In this document: positions 27,382 through 36,225 of the stretch, piece after piece | How positions within the stretch are numbered: position 1 is the first letter of the stretch | Layout: the number at the start of each line of letters is the position of its first letter | Virus record (IMG/VR): IMGVR_UViG_3300045988_121434 | Location: 1 to 64,000 of that record | Reading direction: 5' to 3' (one strand) | Length of the DNA: 64,000 bases | From: a virus | The notes under the pieces: model-generated | What the model saw: only the letters and a program-made list of their open reading frames with translations | The model's database searches: none | What the model was told of the DNA's origin: nothing | Translations under genes and position numbers: made by a program

Positions 27382-28095
27382 ATGAACATAGCGGAAATAC
27401 TTAAAGACAAGCCCAAAGGCACAAAGCTGTACTCCATCCCATGGGGTAAATGCACCCTGGAAGAAGTTGATACATCCTTGCCATTGCTCCCGATAACTGT
27501 GCGCAATTGTCTTGGTGGCCTGCAAAAAAGATATACGAAGAAAGGCACTTATCTCCCAAGTCTGGACGAGTGCCTCTTGTTCCCCTCCAAGGAGATGCGC
27601 GACTGGTATAAGTTCGTATGGAAGAAAGGCGCGATACTCGTAAGCAACGACGGGGAAACCGTGGTCATGTTCTTCGACTGGGCAAACGGTGCCTACACGG
27701 AGTTTTTCGGAGCGAAGTTCTCCGTCAAGAAAGAAGAAGGCAAGTCCACTTTTAACACCTGCGATTTCGAGTCTTGTTGCCAGAGCTACAACATAGTCCC
27801 CTGCATCAACCCCACGACAAGAGAGTTCTCCGTAAAGACAGTTAGAATCACGGTAGGTAACTCTGAGCCCAACGAGCCTAATATGCCCATTGAGCCTAAG
27901 TATAGCTTCAAGCCATTCGACAAGGTGCTTATCAGGGATCATGATGACGAAAAGTGGAGTTGTGATTTATTCAGTTATATGGAAGATGGTAAAGCTATTT
28001 GCGTTGGTACCTATGGTTTTCAATGCCTCCCTTACAATGAGGATACTGCAAAGCTGGTAGGAACTACAAAATCATTGGAGGATATAACAAGATGA
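27382..28095 (+). CDS. hypothetical two-domain protein (EPNEPNMPIEPK linker)
   Basis: The track ORF starts at GTG 27259; ATG 27382 (MNIAEILKDK) is more plausible; a C10 tract at 27318-27327 lies upstream of it. Confidence 0.55.
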   Translation: MNIAEILKDKPKGTKLYSIPWGKCTLEEVDTSLPLLPITVRNCLGGLQKRYTKKGTYLPSLDECLLFPSKEMRDWYKFVWKKGAILVSNDGETVVMFFDWANGAYTEFFGAKFSVKKEEGKSTFNTCDFESCCQSYNIVPCINPTTREFSVKTVRITVGNSEPNEPNMPIEPKYSFKPFDKVLIRDHDDEKWSCDLFSYMEDGKAICVGTYGFQCLPYNEDTAKLVGTTKSLEDITR

Positions 28096-28322
28096 ACGCC
28101 AAAGAGAAACGCCAGGAGGAGCAGGAACTTCAAAAGGCTGTGTCGGTGCTCCGCGCCACGCTCCGCAGTATTGCTAACCGCAAGGCATGCCGCTATGAGC
28201 AGGAGTTTCTGCATCGTGTCCGCGACATGATAGACCAAGAGATAGGCGACCAAGCCATTGCCAACGAACTATCCGCCGACTTCATGGCACGCAAAGTGAA
28301 GCAAGAGATAACCAAACAATAG
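28092..28322 (+). CDS. hypothetical coiled-coil protein
   Basis: 76-aa ORF, ATGA overlap with the previous gene. Confidence 0.55.
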   Translation: MNAKEKRQEEQELQKAVSVLRATLRSIANRKACRYEQEFLHRVRDMIDQEIGDQAIANELSADFMARKVKQEITKQ

Positions 28323-28520
28323 TATGAACATTTTAATTTAACAAGAAAGGATTTATAGATATATTATCGCAATCAAGTGTTGCAAGTGTCGCTCGACAAT
28401 GACGACCGTCAGAATATCGCCACTTACTACATCCCTACTTGGGAGGATATATTTGCCGATGACTGGGTTTGGTCAGATGTTAAAGAATAAAAACATTTTA
28501 ACCGTAAAACAATAGAAACA

Positions 28521-29072
28521 ATGAAAACAAAAAACATCATTATGGCATCCATATTGCTTTTGGTAGCCATCGTTATCGGCTCATTGGTAGCCACTTACTT
28601 CAGTTACAACAACCGCGAGATTGCGCTGCGCCAACAGGCAGAGGCACAGCGTGGAAAGATTGAGGGCGTTCACGATAAGATGTGGAAAATCATCCAGCAG
28701 AAGGCGCAGGTTACGGACGAGTATAAGCAGACCTTCGAGAAGATTTATCCGCAGCTCATTGCCGGACGCTATCAGAACGACCAGGGCACGATGATGAAGT
28801 GGATAAAGGAGAGCAACCCTAACTTTGATGTGTCGCTCTACCGCGACCTCATGCAAGCCATCGAGATACAGCGCACCGAGTTTCAGACCTCGCAGGAACG
28901 TATGCTCGACATCATCCGTGAACACGAAACACTCACTCGCACCTACCCTGCCCGATGGTTTGTGTCTAACACCATGCCTATCGAGTATAAGGTTATCTCT
29001 TCGTCGCGATCCAAGGAAGTGATGACGGAAGGCGAAGACAACGACGTTGACTTGTTCGGCAAGAAACAGTAA
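28521..29072 (+). CDS. LemA-like membrane protein
   Basis: N-terminal TM, then YNNREIALRQQAEAQRGKIEG.. and C-terminal ..TYPARWF, loosely like LemA; assignment tentative. Confidence 0.45.
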   Translation: MKTKNIIMASILLLVAIVIGSLVATYFSYNNREIALRQQAEAQRGKIEGVHDKMWKIIQQKAQVTDEYKQTFEKIYPQLIAGRYQNDQGTMMKWIKESNPNFDVSLYRDLMQAIEIQRTEFQTSQERMLDIIREHETLTRTYPARWFVSNTMPIEYKVISSSRSKEVMTEGEDNDVDLFGKKQ

Positions 29073-29078
29073 AGGCTT

Positions 29079-30176
29079 ATGGAACTACTCGTTTTCCTTA
29101 TCCCCTTTTTCGTGTCGGCTGTGCTGCTGCTGTTCTTCCGCAAGCAGACTACATGGTGGGAGCACGCCGTGCTTATCATCCCCTCGCTCCTTGTGGGCGC
29201 AGCGATGATATGGGCGTTTGAGCGCGTAGAGTCGAGCGACACCGAATACTTGGGCAGCTACGTCACGAAGATACGCTATTATGAGCCGTGGAACGAGCAA
29301 GTGATGCGTACCGAGACATACACCGACTCAAAGGGAAATTCTCACACTCGGACCTACTATGAAACGGAGAACCACCCCGAATATTGGACCTATTACGACC
29401 ATTCGGGACGTGAGCGAGAGTGTTCCAATGAGGAGTTTTCGGCAATGAAAGACCGCTTACAGGCTCCGTCGGTGTTTGTGGATATGCACCGCAACTATTA
29501 CACCCGTGATGGCGATGCCTACGAATATCAGTGGAACGGACAGATCGCCCAGCTCTACACCGTGACCCGCAGTCATGAATACGAGAACAAGGTGAAGGCT
29601 TCGCACTCGGTGTTCAAGTTTGAGGACATCAGCAAGAAGGAGGCTCGGCGCATCGGACTTTACGACTATCCCGACATTCATCTGCGCGACCAATGCCCTA
29701 TCATCGGAGCCAAGTTTTCTGCCCGTCAGGAGCGAGCCATCCGTGTGCTCAATGCCCAGTACGGCCCGAAGAAGGAGTTTCGCCTCTATCTGCTCTTCTA
29801 TCGCAACAAGCCGCTATCCATTGCCGACCGCCAACGCTCCTACTGGCAGGGTGGCAATAAGAACGAGCTTGTGGTGTGCGTAGGTCTTGACAACCGTAAC
29901 CGCGTGGTGTGGAGCGATGCCTTCTCTTGGTGTGACTCGCCGGTGCTTTCGATAAAGAGCCGCGACTGGTTTATGTCGCACCGCCTCGACCTCTGCGCCT
30001 TTGCCTCGTACATAAAACCTATCGTGCAGAAGGAATGGAAGCGCAAGAACTTCGCCGACTTCAAGTATCTCTCGGTAGAACTGAGCGACAAGCAATATTG
30101 GGGCATCATCATCCTCATGCTCCTGCTCAACATAGGACTGAGCGTGTGGGTGGTGAGGAATGATTTTAGGAATTGA
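29079..30176 (+). CDS. membrane protein
   Basis: Two N-terminal TMs and one C-terminal TM (YWGIIILMLLLNIGLSVWVV). Confidence 0.6.
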   Translation: MELLVFLIPFFVSAVLLLFFRKQTTWWEHAVLIIPSLLVGAAMIWAFERVESSDTEYLGSYVTKIRYYEPWNEQVMRTETYTDSKGNSHTRTYYETENHPEYWTYYDHSGRERECSNEEFSAMKDRLQAPSVFVDMHRNYYTRDGDAYEYQWNGQIAQLYTVTRSHEYENKVKASHSVFKFEDISKKEARRIGLYDYPDIHLRDQCPIIGAKFSARQERAIRVLNAQYGPKKEFRLYLLFYRNKPLSIADRQRSYWQGGNKNELVVCVGLDNRNRVVWSDAFSWCDSPVLSIKSRDWFMSHRLDLCAFASYIKPIVQKEWKRKNFADFKYLSVELSDKQYWGIIILMLLLNIGLSVWVVRNDFRN

Positions 30177-30199
30177 CAACAACACGGATTCTAAGACGA

Positions 30200-30268
30200 A
30201 TGATTGAACTGAATAAGATATATAATGAAGACAGCTTCGAAGGAATGAAGATAAGCTTGGTAAATTAG
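30200..30268 (+). pseudogene. N-terminal remnant of an N4/N6 DNA methyltransferase
   Basis: MIELNKIYNEDSFEGMKISLVN* matches MVELNKIYNEDCLEGMKRIPDG.. of the gene at 45650-46423. Confidence 0.55.
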
Positions 30269-30291
30269 CAAAGTAATAAATTCTAACAATT

Positions 30292-30765
30292 ATGGAAGAA
30301 AAACAGAGAGTTTATATTAGAGGAGACAAAGGTCATGGCAGCGAAGTTATAGACTTCCTGACAAGGCTCGGAGCAACAGCCACAGAGAGTATATGCGACG
30401 ACGACGACCATATCTATTTTATCAATCACGACAACAAGATTACTTATGCTCTTATTGGTTCAGAAGTTGCGCTGATTGTCATGGACAACTACAAAGAGAT
30501 AGAGCTTTCATGGCCACAGTGGAAGGATGGCGATGTACTCGTCTCTAACTACTTTACAGATCGCTATGCCGTGTTCAAGAAACTCTGTGGCGACCGTCGT
30601 TTCGAGGCCTACCTCCTCTTTCAACAGAATGCGGCGCAATTCAATGCAACGGCATTTGTGGGAACTTTTCACCTCGCCAACGAAGAGGAGAAAAGAAAGA
30701 TTTCCATGGAGTGCTATTCCATGCTGCAAAATCTTATCAAAGTTGACGAGAAATTGACGAAGTAA
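30292..30765 (+). CDS. hypothetical protein
   Basis: 157-aa ORF. Confidence 0.55.
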   Translation: MEEKQRVYIRGDKGHGSEVIDFLTRLGATATESICDDDDHIYFINHDNKITYALIGSEVALIVMDNYKEIELSWPQWKDGDVLVSNYFTDRYAVFKKLCGDRRFEAYLLFQQNAAQFNATAFVGTFHLANEEEKRKISMECYSMLQNLIKVDEKLTK

Positions 30766-30847
30766 AGACACTCCCTTTGAGGAGGTGCTTAGTGGGGTAT
30801 GGGCTAACGTTCCCTGATACGGGCACAACTTCCAACAACAAAACACT

Positions 30848-31747
30848 ATGACACAGCAACAGCAAAGCATAAACACAAGACCCACCTCTCACATCCGGCT
30901 GACAGTCTCTCAACACACCGAGGATGAATACGACAAGTGGCTGCAAGCCGTCGTGCAAGCTTCCTCTCTTGTCAAGCTCATCGACGGCTGCGCCAACAAC
31001 GCGGCGTGGGCGGCGTGCCTCGACGCTTACGAACACCTAAAGCCTTTGCCTCGCTTCCGTCAGCAGGTAAAGGGAGGCGATACCGCTGGCTATGGCTACA
31101 AACGAGCGTTCAAGGCATTCAAAAACTACCAGCGCAACCTTATCTACACATCCTCAAACCGCTTCTTCCATGTCGCCGACATGACCGAGGAGACACGTAG
31201 CTTCTACGCTAAGGACATGACCGATGAACAGTACTACGACTTCTGGGCATCCTTCGGATTCAAGGCGTATCAAGAAAATAAGTCATTCCTCACCTGCCTT
31301 ATCAACAAGCTCCGCATCGTCTACGAGAAGAACGTCATCCGAAACGCCGAGGCCGCGGCGTGGAGCATGGGAGCGTTCATGTCGCTCAACGTGGCCACCG
31401 AGTGCCATGCCGACGCTATTAAGGCCGTGGCGAGGCAATGGGGAGGCCGGCTATCCGAATGGCAAAGCCTTTTCCGCGCCTTCGACCTCACAGCAGTGGA
31501 AAAACTGTGGGGCAGCGCGCACAAGGACTTCTTCCCAGAGCTTGCCCGTGTGGAGTTCACCGACGATGAATTCGAGAACATCAAGATGTCATTCAATCAA
31601 TGGGCCGAACGTCTCGTCCGTGGCAAGACGCTCATCAACAGCCGTGTCGCCACCGTCAACGACTTCGCCGACGACATCTTCCGCACCAAGGGATGCGCCA
31701 AGAAAGCCATCCGCGAGCTCACCGACTCTGGGTTTAGCGAGATGTAA
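30848..31747 (+). CDS. hypothetical protein
   Basis: 299-aa ORF in a GC-richer stretch; overlapping alternative-frame ORFs treated as shadows. Confidence 0.55.
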   Translation: MTQQQQSINTRPTSHIRLTVSQHTEDEYDKWLQAVVQASSLVKLIDGCANNAAWAACLDAYEHLKPLPRFRQQVKGGDTAGYGYKRAFKAFKNYQRNLIYTSSNRFFHVADMTEETRSFYAKDMTDEQYYDFWASFGFKAYQENKSFLTCLINKLRIVYEKNVIRNAEAAAWSMGAFMSLNVATECHADAIKAVARQWGGRLSEWQSLFRAFDLTAVEKLWGSAHKDFFPELARVEFTDDEFENIKMSFNQWAERLVRGKTLINSRVATVNDFADDIFRTKGCAKKAIRELTDSGFSEM

Positions 31748-31833
31748 CCACACCGCCCAATGTGCCCCCAACGCCCATTGAGCCCCCAAAAAAATTACAA
31801 CCAACATAATCAACTCACAAAACAACAACAATC

Positions 31834-32124
31834 ATGTATCAAGACATTCTCAACAAAAAGTGCATCGTGCGAAGCTATGACGCGGGTGTGTATTTCGGGA
31901 CCGTCACAGAGGTCGATAACGACATCGTGCGCGTGGAGAACGTGCGCAACATCTGTATATGGAAGGGCGCTTCTTGCCTTTCTCAAATTGCCAACGATGG
32001 CATCAAAGACGGTCGTGTCAGCCCCGTGGTGGCCTCCATGGTGCTTAACCGCTGTTGTCAGATAATTCCTTGCACTGACAAGGCTATTGAAAATCTTGAA
32101 AAAATCGAGGTATGGGAGTATTAA
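31834..32124 (+). CDS. hypothetical protein
   Basis: 96-aa ORF. Confidence 0.5.
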   Translation: MYQDILNKKCIVRSYDAGVYFGTVTEVDNDIVRVENVRNICIWKGASCLSQIANDGIKDGRVSPVVASMVLNRCCQIIPCTDKAIENLEKIEVWEY

Positions 32125-32885
32125 CGATAAAACAAGTTAAGTCTTTTCTATCGGTGGATGACAGTCAAGACACCGACTATGAAGTTTCCGATGGCAGTGG
32201 CTATGGCAGTGGCAATGGCTATGGCAGTGGCAGTGGCTATGGAAGTGGCAATGGCTGTGGCAGTGGCAGTGGCTATGGAAGTGGCTGTGGCTATGGAAGT
32301 GGCTGTGGCAGTGGCAATGGCTGTGGCGATGGCAGTGGCTATGGCAAAGGCAACGGCTGTGGCAATGGCTATGGCGATGGCAGTGGCAATGGCAAAGGCG
32401 ATGGCTGTGGCGGCGTGAAAGAAATCAATGGGCACGCGGTGTATGTGATTGACAACACGAGAACCATTATAACCTCCACCCATGGCAATGTAGCGCAAGG
32501 CTTCATCCTTGAACATAACACGAAATTGGTGCCGTGCTATATTGCCAAGGATAATAATCACTTCGCTCACGGGAAAACATTGCGTGAAGCTTTCGCGTCC
32601 CTTCAAGAGAAGCTCTACGACGACAGCACCGAGGAAGAAAGAATACGGGCGTTCAAACGAAAGTTCCCCTCTTACGACACGAAGTACAGCAATCAAGACC
32701 TGTTCGTTTACCATCATGTGCTCACGGGCAGTTGCCGCATGGGCAGGGAGTCGTTCGCGAATAGCAGGGGCATCTCGCTTAGCGACAAGACCACCGTCCG
32801 AGAGTTCGTCCAGCTCACCAAGGACGCTTACGGTAGCGATATAATCAAAAAGCTGCCAAAGGCTTATGGTCTATCTTGTCTATGA
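32112..32885 (+). CDS. protein with an N-terminal (G-S/C-G-Y/N/C)n repeat and a globular C-terminal domain
   Basis: DGSGYGSGNGYGSGSGYGSGNGCGSGSGYGSGCGYGSGCGSGNGCGDGSGYGKGNGCGNGYGDGSGNGKGDGCGG, followed by about 170 aa of non-repetitive sequence. Confidence 0.65.
   Translation: MGVLTIKQVKSFLSVDDSQDTDYEVSDGSGYGSGNGYGSGSGYGSGNGCGSGSGYGSGCGYGSGCGSGNGCGDGSGYGKGNGCGNGYGDGSGNGKGDGCGGVKEINGHAVYVIDNTRTIITSTHGNVAQGFILEHNTKLVPCYIAKDNNHFAHGKTLREAFASLQEKLYDDSTEEERIRAFKRKFPSYDTKYSNQDLFVYHHVLTGSCRMGRESFANSRGISLSDKTTVREFVQLTKDAYGSDIIKKLPKAYGLSCL
32190..32414 (+). repeat. in-frame 6/12/18-nt tandem repeat (GGCAGTGGCTATGGA/C-type) encoding the Gly-rich region
   Basis: About 225 nt of near-periodic GGC-NNN-GGC units. 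Confidence 0.85.
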
Positions 32886-32933
32886 TAGTCTATCACATCC
32901 ATAAAGTCTATTTAGTTTATAACAAAAAAGAAA

Positions 32934-33170
32934 ATGGAAATATCCGACGACATACAGTTAGGCACGCGCATCACCTTGCAGGTCTCCGAGGGAGGCTGCG
33001 ACGATTGCTTCTTCGCCAAGCTTGACTACGACCTCCGCGTAGATTGCTGCTACCGCATAAAATGCCAGGCCACGCGTCGCAATGATAAAAAAAACGTGGC
33101 ATTCAAATTGGTCGAGGGCAGTGCCACCGAGCCCAACATGCCCATTGAACATAAAAAAACAAAGCCATGA
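32934..33170 (+). CDS. hypothetical protein ending in the EPNMPIE linker motif
   Basis: 78 aa, ..VEGSATEPNMPIEHKKTKP. Confidence 0.5.
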   Translation: MEISDDIQLGTRITLQVSEGGCDDCFFAKLDYDLRVDCCYRIKCQATRRNDKKNVAFKLVEGSATEPNMPIEHKKTKP

Positions 33171-33406
33171 ACAGTAAAAAGCACAATAATAGGGAACAGG
33201 CGATACAAGGGTTCTTGAGGGACTTATGGCATCCCGCCAATGAGCAACCGAAACATTCCAAGTGGATTATGACACAGTTTCTCGACGATGACAATGATAT
33301 TGCCTTTGAGATAGACATTGCCGGGCCTCTTATAGAGTGGAGGGAATATGTCAAGAAGTACAGAATCGTAAAGTGGCTATATGTCGATGACATCTTGCCA
33401 CAGTAA
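33167..33406 (+). CDS. hypothetical protein
   Basis: 79 aa, ATGA overlap with the previous gene. Confidence 0.5.
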   Translation: MNSKKHNNREQAIQGFLRDLWHPANEQPKHSKWIMTQFLDDDNDIAFEIDIAGPLIEWREYVKKYRIVKWLYVDDILPQ

Positions 33407-33450
33407 GGAGATAAGAAGTTTAACGCCTTCGGGCATAAATGTAAACAATT

Positions 33451-34110
33451 ATGGCATGGTTAGCGGTAGACAAGGACGGTACGGAAAAAGTTTTCGATGT
33501 ACGGCCGTTTAGAGGCAACACGCAGGAAGACAAAGACCACGTGTGGGGGTTGTATGCTGGGGAAGAATACGATAGGTGGTATCCTCAACATGACGAACGC
33601 GAGGATGACACAGGCTATGCTTATTACCGTGGCTACTCGGTAGAGCTGCCCCACGGTACGATAGGCACGCTTATCGGGAAAAAGCTGTCATGGGCGGATG
33701 AACCCGTAGAACTTAAGGAAAAAGCCACAGGCAACAACAAGGTACAATATCAAAAGTGGTTTTGGAGCGACCACATACTCATAACTGATAGCATCAACAA
33801 CGCATCCGTGCAGGTAGCCGTGTTCAACCAGCAGGAGCTAAAAGACGAATATCACGCGGACGCCCTTATTTACGCCCTTTACGTTGACGAATCCTGCCGC
33901 AAGCGCGGCATCGGCAAGGGACTTCTCGAACAGGCCGAACGGCTCGCACATGACCATCACTGCCGCGTGGTGGCTCTCGAATGGGAAGAACAGGCAACCC
34001 CACGATGGACGCTCGAATGGTATCTTAGACAAGGCTATAAAGACACACGGTTAGGGACTGATTGCACCCTGCTTGTTAAAGACCTGCGGAAAGGAGGCAA
34101 CGATGGATAG
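33451..34110 (+). CDS. GNAT-family N-acetyltransferase with an extra N-terminal domain
   Basis: ALYVDESCRKRGIGKGLLEQAERLAHDHHCRVVALEW (acetyl-CoA motif A, R-x-x-G-x-G). Confidence 0.7.
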   Translation: MAWLAVDKDGTEKVFDVRPFRGNTQEDKDHVWGLYAGEEYDRWYPQHDEREDDTGYAYYRGYSVELPHGTIGTLIGKKLSWADEPVELKEKATGNNKVQYQKWFWSDHILITDSINNASVQVAVFNQQELKDEYHADALIYALYVDESCRKRGIGKGLLEQAERLAHDHHCRVVALEWEEQATPRWTLEWYLRQGYKDTRLGTDCTLLVKDLRKGGNDG

Positions 34111-34324
34111 TAACGCGTGTGATAATACCTTAGTTTTCGGTAGTTGCTACATAAGAAGCAGCATCGAAGTTCCCTCTCTGACCGCTGGAAGAGCCAAATG
34201 GAAAGCCTTTTACAGGAAGTTCCCTTGGCTCAAAGGTCAGCCTTTTTACCTCAGACGCTCATGTTACTGGGCAGGTGGCGAGAGGCATCTAAAGGCAATA
34301 AAGATTAAACTCAAAAAGATATAG
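34103..34324 (+). CDS. hypothetical protein
   Basis: ATGGATAG overlap with the GNAT stop; 73 aa. Confidence 0.35.
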   Translation: MDSNACDNTLVFGSCYIRSSIEVPSLTAGRAKWKAFYRKFPWLKGQPFYLRRSCYWAGGERHLKAIKIKLKKI

Positions 34325-34360
34325 TTATGGCAAAACCTTACAGAATCAAACACAAGGCAA

Positions 34361-34570
34361 GTGGATATTGCGACGATGGACAAGATTAGCGAATTGTCAT
34401 ACCTCCACCTCATAGCACAGCTCGAAGAAGAAAACAAGCTCTTGCGAGACGAGGCAAAACACCTACGCCTCACGATTAAGGATTACTTAAACAAAAAAAC
34501 GCATGAAAATCAGACTGGCAAAGAAAATAATGAACACGAGGACAGACCGCCTTGCCCCCTATTGGTATGA
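34361..34570 (+). CDS. hypothetical coiled-coil protein
   Basis: 69-aa ORF; its 3' end overlaps the next ORF. Confidence 0.4.
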   Translation: MDIATMDKISELSYLHLIAQLEEENKLLRDEAKHLRLTIKDYLNKKTHENQTGKENNEHEDRPPCPLLV

Positions 34571-34676
34571 CAGGTTGGTTGATACCTTGGTAACTCAAAC
34601 AAGAATAGACCATCGAATCAAAAAGGCGGCAATGCTAATAAGCAAGTACAATTACAGAAAATTCAACAAGCAGTAA
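34503..34676 (+). CDS. hypothetical protein (57 aa)
   Basis: MKIRLAKKIMNTRTDRLAPYWYDRL..; below the track cutoff. Confidence 0.35.
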   Translation: MKIRLAKKIMNTRTDRLAPYWYDRLVDTLVTQTRIDHRIKKAAMLISKYNYRKFNKQ

Positions 34677-34731
34677 ACTACCTACAGGCTAAAGACCTAT
34701 GGGTTTTACGGCGCTCAATATAAATGATAAT

Positions 34732-35136
34732 ATGAGAACAATTAAATTTCGTGGCAAAGACATCTTTACTGATGCTTGGCGATATGGTGACTTGGTTCAC
34801 AACCAGAAAGTAACAGCAACTGGCTTAGAGCCTCGTACAATGGTTGGTGGGTATGAGGTTGACCCAGAGACTGTTGGCAATAACACTGGACTGAAAGACA
34901 AGAACGGCAAGGAGATATATGACGGTGATATACTCGCCCACAATGGCAAGGTTATCGGTCATGTTGTTGACGGTGTGCGTGGTTACTGCTTCGATGTGGT
35001 GTATGCCAACCCTGTAAGCGAAAGCACATGGTCGTTATATGGAGTCGTTTTTTACGATTATAAAGGCGATGTAGAGATTGTAGGCTCCATCCACGATAAG
35101 GAATGGCAGGAGAAGTTGAATTTACCATCTGTATAG
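34732..35136 (+). CDS. YopX-family protein
   Basis: MRTIKFRGK.., NTGLKDKNGKEIYDGDIL, VEIVGSIHDKEW fit the YopX pattern; track ORF from 34699. Confidence 0.7.
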   Translation: MRTIKFRGKDIFTDAWRYGDLVHNQKVTATGLEPRTMVGGYEVDPETVGNNTGLKDKNGKEIYDGDILAHNGKVIGHVVDGVRGYCFDVVYANPVSESTWSLYGVVFYDYKGDVEIVGSIHDKEWQEKLNLPSV

Positions 35137-35140
35137 TCCT

Positions 35141-35380
35141 ATGAAAGCAAGAATTAGAAACAAGGTTTTTCGCAATCGGTGGCGAATGAATTACACGCTT
35201 GGGCAGATATTCGAGGCTGCAAGAGGAACGACTCTTTGGATTTATCCGGGCAACGGATATATGTATCATTTGAACTACCACAACGGAAATGTATATAAAA
35301 CCGCACAAGACGACTATGACCATGGTCGTTTTGTGATGGTTAACCGTCGCCCTAAACGTAAGTCTAACCGTCGAACATAA
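35141..35380 (+). CDS. hypothetical protein
   Basis: 79-aa ORF. Confidence 0.5.
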   Translation: MKARIRNKVFRNRWRMNYTLGQIFEAARGTTLWIYPGNGYMYHLNYHNGNVYKTAQDDYDHGRFVMVNRRPKRKSNRRT

Positions 35381-35394
35381 CAGTATTTATAGAT

Positions 35395-35481
35395 ATGAGA
35401 ACAATTAAGTTTAAGGCTAAGACATTGAAGGATGGCGAATACTTTAAGACTGAAGAAGAAAAGGAGGCCGACAATGATTAA
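35395..35481 (+). pseudogene. YopX N-terminal fragment (28 aa)
   Basis: MRTIKFKAKTLKDGEYF.. parallels MRTIKFRGKDIFTDAWRY.. of 34732; ends on an ATGATTAA overlap. Confidence 0.4.
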
Positions 35482-35935
35482 AGCAGAAGACCTTAGAATA
35501 GGCGACATTGTGCAGACAAACAAAGACTGCATGTTTCCGAAAGACACATTGTGCATCGTTACCGAAATCCATCCCGACCGACAGTTTAATGACAAAAAGG
35601 GAGTCGTCAGTCTGAAGGCTGTCAACGACGAAGACGACGGTCCCTGGGGGACATGGTGCTGCAACATCGATGGCGTGCCCATCACGCCCGAAATACTTCG
35701 CAATAATGACTTTAAGGAAGAAGTCGAAGGCAAATACTTCACAAGGCCAATCAAAGTCAGAGCAGGCAGTTCCCTTGCCAGATATTTGGCTGTAGAACGA
35801 AAAAAATACGCTTGGGCAATATTCATAAAGTATTACAACGTGACAGGCTATGCACTCTTATGTCATGTAAAGTACGTTCACGAACTACGGCTCGCCCTTA
35901 AAATAGTAAAATTTAATCCGGAAATGAAAGTATAA
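35474..35935 (+). CDS. hypothetical protein
   Basis: Track ORF 35432-35935; ATG 35474 (MIKAEDLRIGD) sits in an ATGATTAA stop/start overlap. Confidence 0.5.
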   Translation: MIKAEDLRIGDIVQTNKDCMFPKDTLCIVTEIHPDRQFNDKKGVVSLKAVNDEDDGPWGTWCCNIDGVPITPEILRNNDFKEEVEGKYFTRPIKVRAGSSLARYLAVERKKYAWAIFIKYYNVTGYALLCHVKYVHELRLALKIVKFNPEMKV

Positions 35936-35963
35936 TGTGGATGAATAAGTAAGTAACAAAACA

Positions 35964-36098
35964 ATGACTGACATTAAGATTTCGGTGCATCCGTTTGGCC
36001 ATAAGCTCGAATGGCGAGGATGGGGGGGTAACTTCTCGCCTGCTCTACGAGCCACCGACTACAAATGCCCTCACTGTATAATGATTGAATATGACTAA
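35964..36098 (+). CDS. TRD-like mini-ORF 1 (44 aa)
   Basis: ..WRGWGGNFSPALRATDYKCPHCIMIEYD*; G7 at 36022-28 is in frame; stop overlaps the next start (ATGACTAA). Confidence 0.6.
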   Translation: MTDIKISVHPFGHKLEWRGWGGNFSPALRATDYKCPHCIMIEYD

Positions 36099-36225
36099 GC
36101 AACACCCATTCGATGATTTTCATCAGCGCATTCATTGGGACGGCAACTCCATCGGAACCGTTACCCAGCAATGGGGCAATCCTGCGCCGAGGCACGGATG
36201 GCGAATAATGACAGAATATGATTAA
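36091..36225 (+). CDS. TRD-like mini-ORF 2 (44 aa)
   Basis: ..RIHWDGNSIGTVTQQWGNPAPRHGWRIMTEYD*; ATGATTAA overlap. Confidence 0.55.
   Translation: MTKQHPFDDFHQRIHWDGNSIGTVTQQWGNPAPRHGWRIMTEYD

Noticed and set aside
32148-32717. ORFs reading the Gly-repeat in other frames or on the other strand (32148-32717 minus, 32158-32418 plus, AMAVAMA.. peptides)
   Set aside because: These are alternative-frame artefacts of the GGC-rich tandem repeat. The GSGYG frame continues into a long non-repetitive domain.
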